Positions 1-8,546 of a stretch of DNA of 25,481 nucleotides are shown here, one piece after another (position 1 is the first letter of the stretch; each line of letters opens with the position of its first letter). The DNA comes from Promethearchaeia archaeon. Lineage in GTDB: Archaea > Asgardarchaeota > Lokiarchaeia > Sigyniarchaeales > SOKP01. The stretch lies in the NCBI GenBank assembly GCA_046497275.1, contig JAWOFX010000022.1, positions 1 through 25,481 of the forward strand, written 5' to 3'. A program made the position numbers and the translations under genes. The notes under the pieces were generated by a model, which saw nothing but the letters and a program-made list of their open reading frames with translations, made no database searches and was not told the DNA's origin.

Positions 1-1273
1 ATTTAGATTGGTGTTTTAACATTTCTTTTAGAATTTTTTCTGCTTCCGAATAACTATTAACTACCGGATCTGCCAAAAGTGCTTGGAGAGCAATACTTTT
101 AGATTTTTTTATTGCTGCCTCTACAGTTAAATCTTGAACGGTTGCTTGATTTCTTAATAATCCCGCTAACCCCTTAGGATACTCTCCAAGCTTTAGACCC
201 TCAATTCCATTCTTAGTTATTTTAGCAGGGCATTCTACAACTAAATCTTCAGGAAGATTTGTTATAATTTCGTCATTTGGAATATTCACAGACAATTCTG
301 TATGATTTGAGTCCGTTAGTATTCCTTCGATAATGGGAATTGCTCTTTCTTCATCGGGTTGAACAAGTCGTGCACCTTTACCCCGCTTGATGAGTCTTCG
401 TATCTTTTTCCCCTCATAATCTATTATTGTCATATACGTATCTCTAAATTCTTTTATACCTGAAATATCGGCTATTTCCCATGCCCAATGGATATATTCT
501 CCAAAATGAGAATCTGTTGTATATGGTATATAACCATATTTTTCAAGTATATATTTATTCAAATCAACATCAAGATTATCTAACCCTTCTAAATAGGAAG
601 GTCCCTTTTCTCTAATTTTTGGATATGCATCTTTTCCAGTATCTTTATAATTGATCTTTAATACCACGCCAAAATGATTTAATCCTCCCGCAATTATCTC
701 TAAGTTAGAAAGGTCAGTATTAAGTATTCGAGTATAATGTATCATAAAATGCCCCAATTCATGGCATAATCCAATAAATTTCAAATTTGGGAATTTTCGT
801 TTTATTGCTAAACAAATTCTACTCATTGGATTAGAAAAATTGATAAAAAATGCGTTTGGGCATAATTTCATCACATCTTCACAAATTTCCAAAATAGGAG
901 GGATAATTCTTAAAGAGTGAAATAACCCTCCTGGACCTCCATTCTCTCCAAAAACTTGTTTGTTACCAAACCAATGTGGGATATATAAGTCTTGATCCCA
1001 TAACTCGAATCGAGGCACTACCTCGATAGAATTAATTATAAAAGTTGCGTCTTTAAGAGCTTCTTCCCTATTGGTTGTAGATTGTAAAGTGAAATCTAAA
1101 TTTCGCTGATTTATAGCAGATTCACATGCTTCCTCAGCAAGTTTCAAAGATTTAGCATCAATATCATGGAGAGATATAGTTGATCCCTTTAAAATCTCAC
1201 TTTCCAAAATGCTACCAACAGATCCCAAACCAAATTGCAGCGAACCGGCTCCAATAAGAACTATTTTTTCCAT
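1..1273 (-). CDS. Family 4 glycoside hydrolase (NAD+/Mn2+-dependent alpha-glucosidase/alpha-galactosidase type), 3' end truncated by the window edge
   Basis: Not in the ORF track because the stop lies outside the window. Manual translation from ATG 1273 gives MEKIVLIGAGSLQFG (NAD-binding), FGENGGPGG, NFSNPM, IGLCHE (Mn-binding Cys), GGLNHFG, TTDSHFGEY and C-terminal QALLADPVV. Confidence 0.92.
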   Translation of the reverse strand, partial: MEKIVLIGAGSLQFGLGSVGSILESEILKGSTISLHDIDAKSLKLAEEACESAINQRNLDFTLQSTTNREEALKDATFIINSIEVVPRFELWDQDLYIPHWFGNKQVFGENGGPGGLFHSLRIIPPILEICEDVMKLCPNAFFINFSNPMSRICLAIKRKFPNLKFIGLCHELGHFMIHYTRILNTDLSNLEIIAGGLNHFGVVLKINYKDTGKDAYPKIREKGPSYLEGLDNLDVDLNKYILEKYGYIPYTTDSHFGEYIHWAWEIADISGIKEFRDTYMTIIDYEGKKIRRLIKRGKGARLVQPDEERAIPIIEGILTDSNHTELSVNIPNDEIITNLPEDLVVECPAKITKNGIEGLKLGEYPKGLAGLLRNQATVQDLTVEAAIKKSKSIALQALLADPVVNSYSEAEKILKEMLKHQSK

Positions 1274-1508
1274 TTTTATTCTAATATAGATAAAAATGGA
1301 TTTAATAAAAATAAAAGCGTTTTTCGAAACATAAGAAATAATGGAAGATGAATTTATAAAATAAAATAATGCATTATATATTTTTTCTTAAACTTTCAAG
1401 GATATTATCTATTAAACAATATAAGGTTTTTACAAAACCTATAAATTTTTATAGATATAATTGTCTTAGATATTAACAGTAAAAATTTTTAAAAAATGGG
1501 TTTGGGTT

Positions 1509-2123
1509 TTGGACCGAAAATTTAGATATAGTATATTAGTTGACAGAATATCATTAATACCTATTCCACTTTTTATGTTGGGTTTAATAATTTCTCTTAT
1601 TTTGGGGATGCACTATGGAAATTATTCTTTTTTATTCAATACAATTAGTGAACTTGGATCGATACATTTTACTCCTTTTCCGGAAGCAATTAATCTCACA
1701 TTCATTATTACATCCTTATTATTAGGCACATTTTATTATGTATTTTTCAGAAAAATCCATTCTAGTGTTATAGATTCTGAATTTCATAAGCGTCTTAGTA
1801 AATTTGGCTTCATTATGTTTGTTGTTTCAAATATTAGTTTCTTTTTCGTAGGTATCTTTTCTGTAGATGTATCATATATCATTCATATTAGTTTCGCTGC
1901 TACAGTGTTTATTTCCTTACTTTTAGGAGAGATTATATTTGGTTATTTAGTCATCAAATTTAATATTTTCAACAAAATCATTGGTTTTTCTATGATCTTC
2001 CTCCATCTTTTCGTCTGCGTGCTAATACCTATATTTCCAGCAGCGACATCAGTTTTAGAGTGGTGCATGTTTTTTGTTCTTATTATCTGGGGGATTCCTG
2101 TCTCAATAATCATAAGAAAATAG
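1509..2123 (+). CDS. DUF998-like multi-pass membrane protein
   Basis: About 5-6 hydrophobic segments with NTISELG, GIFS...IH..FA..F and LEW motifs. The TTG start is uncertain. Confidence 0.65.
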   Translation: MDRKFRYSILVDRISLIPIPLFMLGLIISLILGMHYGNYSFLFNTISELGSIHFTPFPEAINLTFIITSLLLGTFYYVFFRKIHSSVIDSEFHKRLSKFGFIMFVVSNISFFFVGIFSVDVSYIIHISFAATVFISLLLGEIIFGYLVIKFNIFNKIIGFSMIFLHLFVCVLIPIFPAATSVLEWCMFFVLIIWGIPVSIIIRK

Positions 2124-2251
2124 TAATAAATTAATTTTTAGACTTAAGGAAGAGACTTTAGTTGAGAATAATATTAATGTATTTCTAAAAATTAAGATTA
2201 TATAACAATTCATTTTTAAAACTAAAATCAACTATAATTTAAAGTTGAAAA

Positions 2252-2719
2252 ATGGATCCAGAAAAACTAACAGCTTTCGATACAAGAAGATTTCCTGTCA
2301 GACCTCATGTAGGCGTTGGAGTACTCCTAATAAGGAATAAAAAACTTCTATTGGTAAAAAGAAAGTACAATCCTGATGCTGGTTATTGGAGTATCCCTGG
2401 AGGGCATTTAGATCTTGGTGAAAGGGTTAGAAAAGCAGCTGAAAGAGAGGCTTATGAAGAAACTGGTTTTAAAGTTAAGGCAACAAAATTAGCTGGAATA
2501 ATTGATAAAATTATGTATGATGAAGAGGGAAATATAGAATATCATTATGTCTTACTTAATTATTTTGTTGAGCAAATAGAAGGTAATGAAAATCAAGAAC
2601 CTATTGCAGATGATGACGCTTTAGACGCTCGATTCGTTCCTTTCAATGAATTGAAATCCTATAATCTTACAACATCTTTGGTAGAACTCTTGAAACAATT
2701 AAAAATTGGGTATCAATAA
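2252..2719 (+). CDS. Nudix hydrolase (ADP-ribose pyrophosphatase/YjhB-like)
   Basis: Intact Nudix box GGHLDLGERVRKAAEREAYEETG, with upstream P.VGVG and WSIPGG. Confidence 0.92.
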   Translation: MDPEKLTAFDTRRFPVRPHVGVGVLLIRNKKLLLVKRKYNPDAGYWSIPGGHLDLGERVRKAAEREAYEETGFKVKATKLAGIIDKIMYDEEGNIEYHYVLLNYFVEQIEGNENQEPIADDDALDARFVPFNELKSYNLTTSLVELLKQLKIGYQ

Positions 2720-2844
2720 ACAATCTATAAAAATTTTCTTAGATTTACTTTAGTCAAATAAAGGCAAAAAATAAAATTCTATTAGCATTTATTTAATCTG
2801 AACTTAATTTTAAAAAATTTTAAAATAATTTAGAGGCAAAATTT

Positions 2845-4164
2845 TTGTCTACTTTAATGAAAGAAGCCAGAGACGGAAAAATTACTAAAGAAATGGAGAT
2901 CGTTGCTAATAATGAAGGAGTCGATCCAGAATTTATCCGTCGTGGCATCTCTAAAGGAAGGATTATTATTCCGAAGTCCAATAGAAGAGAATTAGATCCT
3001 CCTATAGGTATTGGAAAGGGATTACTCGTAAAAATTAACGCAAATGTAGGTTCTTCTAAAACCGTTTATAATCCAGATAATGAGTTAGAAAAAGCACAAA
3101 TTGCGGAAAAATATGGTGCTGATACTATTATGGATCTAAGTACTGGAATAACAGAATCTGATGTAAAACACATTCGGCAAATGATTTTGGATAATGTTAA
3201 AATACCATTAGGAACTGTCCCAATATATCAATCTGCCTTACATGCTATTGAAACCAAAGGTGCGATAATTCATATGGATGAGGATGATCTATTCAAAGTT
3301 CTCGAAGAGCAAGCAAAAGAGGGTGTTGATTTTTTTACAGTACATGTTGGAGTCACTCAGGAGATAGTCAATTATTTAGTAGATCATCCTAGAATAATGG
3401 GAGTAGTTTCTCGAGGAGGAACATTTTTAGCAGCATGGATTTTATATCACGAAAGAGAAAACCCCTTCAATGAACAATATGACTACTTATTGGAAATGGC
3501 TCAAGAATACGATTTTACTCTCTCTCTTGGTGATGGAATGAGACCAGGAGGGATATTTGATTCGACTGATTATCCTCAAATAAGAGAATTAATGGAAATT
3601 TCTAATTTGGTTAAAAGAGCATGGGAAAATAATGTTCAAGTGATGGTAGAAGGTCCTGGACATATTCCAGCACATCAAATAGAACAAAATATTAAAATTC
3701 AAAAATCCTTATGTGATGAGGCTCCATTTTATGTCCTTGGTCCCTTAGTAACTGATATTGCGCCAGGGTATGATGAAATAGTTAGTGCTATCGGAGGAAC
3801 GTTAGCAGGATTAGCGGGAGCTGATTATCTTTGTTACGTCACCCCCTCAGAACATTTAGGATTACCGAATAAAGAAGAAGTTAAGCGAGGAGTCATAGCT
3901 TCAAAAATAGCTGCACATGCAGTCAATATTGCGAGATATGGAAAACGAGTGTCAAGTTGGGATTATAAAATGGATATTGCCAGAAAAAATTTAGATTGGA
4001 AAGAAATGATTAACTTAGCAATCGATCCAGAACTTGCAAAGGAAAAGCACTTAAGATCTGGAGAAAAATTAGAGGATGAAGAATGTTCAATGTGTGGAGA
4101 GTTTTGTGCAATAAAACTTTTGCGCAAGGCTTTGGAAGAGAAAAAAAAGAATAATTTTCGATAA
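2845..4164 (+). CDS. thiC: Phosphomethylpyrimidine synthase ThiC (short archaeal/anaerobe type)
   Basis: KINANVGSS, GADTIMDLSTG, GTVPIYQ, SRGG, SLGDGMRPG, EGPGH, YVTPSEHLGLP and a C-terminal CSMCGEFC Fe-S motif. TTG start with AGAGG upstream. A thiN gene lies nearby. Confidence 0.93.
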   Translation: MSTLMKEARDGKITKEMEIVANNEGVDPEFIRRGISKGRIIIPKSNRRELDPPIGIGKGLLVKINANVGSSKTVYNPDNELEKAQIAEKYGADTIMDLSTGITESDVKHIRQMILDNVKIPLGTVPIYQSALHAIETKGAIIHMDEDDLFKVLEEQAKEGVDFFTVHVGVTQEIVNYLVDHPRIMGVVSRGGTFLAAWILYHERENPFNEQYDYLLEMAQEYDFTLSLGDGMRPGGIFDSTDYPQIRELMEISNLVKRAWENNVQVMVEGPGHIPAHQIEQNIKIQKSLCDEAPFYVLGPLVTDIAPGYDEIVSAIGGTLAGLAGADYLCYVTPSEHLGLPNKEEVKRGVIASKIAAHAVNIARYGKRVSSWDYKMDIARKNLDWKEMINLAIDPELAKEKHLRSGEKLEDEECSMCGEFCAIKLLRKALEEKKKNNFR

Positions 4165-4209
4165 ATAATAGAAAAGAGTTCACCATATATTTTTAAATTC
4201 TATCCCAAT

Positions 4210-5487
4210 TTATTCTTTTAATCCATCAAAATAATATGGTGTAAGAATTGGAAAAAATTCTCGATTCAAATCCTTGAAAACTTCCTCAGGTATTAAAGAC
4301 CCATCTTTTGGCGGCTCTTTATAAAGATTCTTTAATTGTCTCACATATTCTCTCATTTCAAGCTGCAAGAAATATGTCCCTTTCTGAGCGATTATTACTA
4401 AATAATACGGGCTGAGATATTCCACGATTATAGCTCTATCTCCAAATCTTAAAGAATCTATCCCGGCTTTTGATTTGGCAACTTCTTCAGAAACATTTGA
4501 GAAAGCTATAGTTAAGCCACCTATTAGCTGAGAACTAGCTCCACTTTCTCCAAAATCTGCAAATTCTTCAGAAAGAGGTTTATAGTAGTGTGTGATGCCA
4601 GCTTCATCAACTAAACTTACTACTTGCACATTGGGAGGTACTAATCCAATCAATTCAGGATTTATAAAATGGGGTAAACTTATCAATAGTAACGCTAACA
4701 CAAAAACGGGAGTATTATAGGTAGAAAATTCAATTCCAGCAACTTCCAGAATACCTTCTAAAAATTCAAAAATCACATTTATGAATAAAAGAACTATTCC
4801 AGCAAACTGCATACCACCTAAAATTCTTGCTCGACGGCTATGAGCGAAAAAAGCTTTTGACATCCTTATCCCTATCAAAAATACAGAAAAAAAGACAATA
4901 ATTGCTCCAATTTGTACTAATGTTCTCAATAAGATTTGAAATAAAGTATTTGTTCCGTAATCCAACGTAAGTAATGAATACAAATTCTTTAAACAATAAG
5001 GAATTAAGCAGAAAGTTATCAAAATACTCAACCAAGAACGTGGACTATCTCTATCATTGAGTTCAAAATGAAAAAACAAAAAATAAATAGAAAGTGTAGA
5101 AGTTAAAAGTTGGATCTCAAATAGCCATGTTTGAGGGACAGTTCCAGCAGGATTCCAGTTTAACCAACCAAAAAAATATGAGGTAGCGGATGTAAACAGA
5201 CCAATTACCATAAATATAAGTGAAGTTAATCCAAATTTTACAGCACGATAAATTATCAATAAACCAAAAAGGAACATCATAATTGCTAGTGAGAAAAAAT
5301 ATGGAGAGAAAGAACCAATTTGAGCATACACAATATATTTTCTAAACCAAGATTCTATTATAAAACTTGTTAGAATTAAATAGATGAGAGCAAATATCGC
5401 AACTATTCCTATAATAATTATAATATAATTTTTGACATCCTTTATATTAATGATTTTATTTCTTAAAGACAAATTTTTTTTTCCCAT
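4210..5487 (-). CDS. Multi-pass (~8 TM) membrane protein with C-terminal longin-like domain
   Basis: About 8 hydrophobic helices in aa 21-276. Residues ~286-412 fit the longin beta-beta-alpha-beta-beta-beta-alpha-alpha pattern (VQVVSLVDEAGITHYY / QLIGGLTIAF / IDSLRFGDRAIIVEY / YLVIIA / LQLEMREYVRQLKNLY). Confidence 0.7.
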   Translation of the reverse strand: MGKKNLSLRNKIINIKDVKNYIIIIIGIVAIFALIYLILTSFIIESWFRKYIVYAQIGSFSPYFFSLAIMMFLFGLLIIYRAVKFGLTSLIFMVIGLFTSATSYFFGWLNWNPAGTVPQTWLFEIQLLTSTLSIYFLFFHFELNDRDSPRSWLSILITFCLIPYCLKNLYSLLTLDYGTNTLFQILLRTLVQIGAIIVFFSVFLIGIRMSKAFFAHSRRARILGGMQFAGIVLLFINVIFEFLEGILEVAGIEFSTYNTPVFVLALLLISLPHFINPELIGLVPPNVQVVSLVDEAGITHYYKPLSEEFADFGESGASSQLIGGLTIAFSNVSEEVAKSKAGIDSLRFGDRAIIVEYLSPYYLVIIAQKGTYFLQLEMREYVRQLKNLYKEPPKDGSLIPEEVFKDLNREFFPILTPYYFDGLKE

Positions 5488-5509
5488 AATATATCTAAAA
5501 TTTATTTTT

Positions 5510-5517
5510 AATATAAA
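5510..5517 (-). promoter_or_regulatory. Candidate TATA box for a leaderless transcript of the TM-longin gene
   Basis: TTTATATT on the minus strand ends 23 nt upstream of ATG 5487. The AT-rich background lowers specificity. Confidence 0.35.
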
Positions 5518-5617
5518 TAAGAGATAAATGATCTTATTTAAAAATAAGCCTAAGTCCTAGGAGAAATCCTATTAAACATTTCATAGCTAATATATAATAG
5601 TTTGAAAAAAAGAGAAG

Positions 5618-6178
5618 CTATATAAGCTTTAATATCTTTTCTAACTTTTTTATCATATCTCCTGCTGATTTACTGAAGATCCGCATCATAGGTTCCTTTC
5701 CTTTTGCTCCCGTATCCCATATTATATCTGGTACTCTACCTAATTCATTTACTGTGTTTTTAATTAGCCACTGCATTGTGGAATGTTCTCGATTTTTAAC
5801 TTTTTCTGGTTGCTCATCTCTCCTTATCTCACGTAACTCTAGATTAGTATTTTCACTAATGCCTTTGGTTAATTCGGGATGAAATTTCAGATTCATTACA
5901 ACGTTTATACTTTTATCAAATTCTTTTGCCGTAAGAATGAGTCTAGCTGTGTGATCAGAAACCCCGAATTTAATATCTCCGACAGCTTTTGGATATCCTC
6001 CGATAACAGTTATCCGTCCTTCAATAGCAGCTATATCTTCTACAGATCTTGCCTCTTTAATAGCCACAGAAATATTTGTACGGACTTCTGGGATTAATAA
6101 ACTAAATTTTCTTAAACTTGAAAAATAATCATAAATCTCCTTAACTTGGTTTATTGCGTTTAATCTGAGATTCATCAT
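5618..6178 (-). CDS. thiN: Stand-alone thiamine-phosphate synthase ThiN domain protein
   Basis: LIPEVRTNI, AAIEGRI, FGVSDHTAR, VMNLKF and PDIIWDTGAKGKEPM motifs. No ThiD or HTH domain is fused. Confidence 0.85.
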   Translation of the reverse strand: MMNLRLNAINQVKEIYDYFSSLRKFSLLIPEVRTNISVAIKEARSVEDIAAIEGRITVIGGYPKAVGDIKFGVSDHTARLILTAKEFDKSINVVMNLKFHPELTKGISENTNLELREIRRDEQPEKVKNREHSTMQWLIKNTVNELGRVPDIIWDTGAKGKEPMMRIFSKSAGDMIKKLEKILKLI

Positions 6179-6258
6179 TGATTTGGTATTATCATCATCT
6201 TTATCTTTATTTTTATAAAAATGAAATTATCTATAAAAAGCCAATCATCTCGCATTTA

Positions 6259-6819
6259 TCACCCAGCTCTTTCAAACGCCCATTTTGCCTTATCATCTAA
6301 GCCCAATGCTTTATAAGCTCTGCCTAAGTATAAAAATGCATCTGGAAAATCAAAGCATTCCTTGACTAGTTTGAAAAGGTGATTAATTGCCATGTCATAT
6401 CTCCCCCTTAGATAATTTATTTTTCCTCTTAAAAACATAATTTCATACTTTTTATTTTTATAATCTTTAAATTCATCAAGGACCTCAAGAGCTTTCTTAA
6501 ATTCTTTCTGTTTAACAAAATCATGTACTAAATCTAATCCTTTCAAAAAAATCATTTTCTCTCCTATTTGATGAATTTTGTTCACATTTTCGATTTCTAA
6601 TTGATTTTTGAGTTCTTCCTCCTTTTCTTTTTCTTTCTCTCTTATGTATTCTTGAAATCTATTTATTATATTCTCATTATATTTAGTATTACACAAAGGA
6701 CAATTGAAAGAATGCGTTAACCATTCTCTTAGGCAAGATATATGAACAGCATGACCATTTGGGCACTCTTCATATGAATCTGAAATTTGCATATGGCAAA
6801 TTATACATGTGGGTGGCAT
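6259..6819 (-). CDS. RING-H2 zinc finger - charged coil - TPR protein (putative E3 ligase/adaptor)
   Basis: C5-x2-C8...C19-x3-H23-x2-H26-x2-C29-x3-W33...C40-P-L-C43. An E/K-rich helix follows (aa ~55-80), then TPR-type repeats (MFLRGKINYLRGRYDMAINHL; AFLYLGRAYKALGLDDKAKWAF). Confidence 0.85.
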   Translation of the reverse strand: MPPTCIICHMQISDSYEECPNGHAVHISCLREWLTHSFNCPLCNTKYNENIINRFQEYIREKEKEKEEELKNQLEIENVNKIHQIGEKMIFLKGLDLVHDFVKQKEFKKALEVLDEFKDYKNKKYEIMFLRGKINYLRGRYDMAINHLFKLVKECFDFPDAFLYLGRAYKALGLDDKAKWAFERAG

Positions 6820-6977
6820 TTGAATATTTTCGTTTCTTTTTAAGAATTATTTTGCAAAATATGAATCTTTAGATAATTATAAAAATCAAGTTTTTTTAAA
6901 TTGTCCTTTTCCAAAAAAGGTTAAAATGATATATTATTATAGTTGTTAAATAAATATCAATATGTAAGGGATATCTA

Positions 6978-8540
6978 TTGTCGATAAATCTAACAGAATT
7001 ATTTGAAACTTTATGCAATAATTTTTTTGAAGTGAATCAAGATATTGATGCGATTATTGTTTCTGATGTTGATGGATTAATTATTTTTGGTGAGAAAAGA
7101 GAGGAAGTGGACCTTGAGATAGTATCTGTTCTCACTTCAATAGTTCATCCCGTTTTAGAGAGAATCCGAGATGAATTTGCATTTCAACAATTTGGGACTG
7201 CCTCCTTTGACACAGAAATACATAGATTGCTTTTTATTTCAATCGATGAAAAAATTACATTAAGTCTTGTGATTGATACCATGGCATCTATAGATAAAGT
7301 ATCTCCTTACGCATATTTTTTAGCAGAAAAAACCGCAAGGATCTTAAATGCTGAAGAAGATGATGTTATCCAGCTAGATATTCCAAACTTCGAATATGAA
7401 GCGGAAAAAGCAAAAAGACTTAAAAATCAAATATATCAACTGCGACTTGATACGGGGAGAAAGTTCAGGTTTAAATTCATAATTATTGGGGATCATGAAG
7501 TAGGAAAAACTTCAATCGTGCGCCGATTTGTTGAGAATAAATTTACACATGATTATCGTGCTACAATCGGCTTGAATATCTTGACACATTCTATAAACTT
7601 CCTTGATAATGATGTAAAATTAAGCATCTGGGATATTGGAGCTCAAAAATATTTCCGTCGTTTTAGAAATACTTATTATATCGGAGCACAAGCGACTTTC
7701 ATTGTTTTTGATTTAACTGTAAGACAATCTTTTGAGAATGTAATAACTTGGTTTCAAGAAATTGATAAGTTTCTAAACACAGAAGACTTGCCTATAATAA
7801 TTGTTGGAAATAAATCAGATTTAAAAGATGAAAGAGTTGTGGATTATCAAGAAGGGGTAGAATTGACAAATTCATTATCTGAGAGAGGAATAAAAAATAT
7901 CTCTTATATCGAAACAAGTGCACTCACAGGTGAAAATATAAATGATGCATTCAGATTGATATCCTATCATTATATTATGAAAAGTAAAGAAATCGAGGAA
8001 AATAAACTTAAAGCAGATGTTTTAGAAGAAATTAATAGTATAATCCCCTTAAAAGAGAATTTAACTATTACATTTTTAACTGAGAGCAAATATTGGAGCC
8101 CAGCTCTCCAAATTTTAAATTCAATATTATCTGAATTTGAATTAGCTAATAAAATTGAAGAAAAAAATAGGCATATTTATGAATATAAAAATGGAATATG
8201 TCTACGTAATTATTCATATGATTCAATGGAGATTAAAAATTCTGATGGAATTTTTTGTATTTTCGATGCAAGGAATCGGGACTCCATTAAGCCTGAATGG
8301 AGAGATATTATTATTGAAATCATTAAAACGATAGATGAGAAAAAAGTTGTTTTAGTCGGAATTAGGGTTTCTGAAAATGTTGATTGGTCCAAAATTATGG
8401 AGGAATTTAATATAAATGAATATTTAGAGAAGAAAATGATATCCTTTTTATTTTTTAGAATTGGGGAGGAATATCGATTGGAAATTTTTGATCAATTAAA
8501 AGTAATGTTTAGTACGATTGAATCTGTTTTTCTTATATAG
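6978..8540 (+). CDS. Roadblock/LAMTOR-like domain + Rab-like small GTPase + degenerate GTPase-like C-terminal domain
   Basis: aa 1-125 are Roadblock-like (IDAIIVSDVDGLII). aa ~163-332 carry G1 GDHEVGKT, G2 YRATIG, G3 WDIGAQ, G4 NKSD and G5 ETSAL. aa ~360-520 echo the GTPase strands without the G motifs. TTG start. Confidence 0.88.
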   Translation: MSINLTELFETLCNNFFEVNQDIDAIIVSDVDGLIIFGEKREEVDLEIVSVLTSIVHPVLERIRDEFAFQQFGTASFDTEIHRLLFISIDEKITLSLVIDTMASIDKVSPYAYFLAEKTARILNAEEDDVIQLDIPNFEYEAEKAKRLKNQIYQLRLDTGRKFRFKFIIIGDHEVGKTSIVRRFVENKFTHDYRATIGLNILTHSINFLDNDVKLSIWDIGAQKYFRRFRNTYYIGAQATFIVFDLTVRQSFENVITWFQEIDKFLNTEDLPIIIVGNKSDLKDERVVDYQEGVELTNSLSERGIKNISYIETSALTGENINDAFRLISYHYIMKSKEIEENKLKADVLEEINSIIPLKENLTITFLTESKYWSPALQILNSILSEFELANKIEEKNRHIYEYKNGICLRNYSYDSMEIKNSDGIFCIFDARNRDSIKPEWRDIIIEIIKTIDEKKVVLVGIRVSENVDWSKIMEEFNINEYLEKKMISFLFFRIGEEYRLEIFDQLKVMFSTIESVFLI

Positions 8541-8546
8541 GAAATT

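Noticed and set aside
2720-2844. TPP riboswitch upstream of thiC
   Set aside because: The region is extremely AT-rich and lacks the conserved GGG...CUGAGA core and stems.
4600-5100. GPCR DRY- and NPxxY-like motifs (NDRD, NPELI) in the TM-longin protein as proof of GPCR homology
   Set aside because: The matches are partial and too short. A 7-helix count alone does not establish homology.
6905-6920. CCTTTT-ccaa-AAAAGG inverted repeat in the divergent RING-TPR/GTPase promoter
   Set aside because: Only 6-bp, mostly A/T arms and a single occurrence, so expected by chance.
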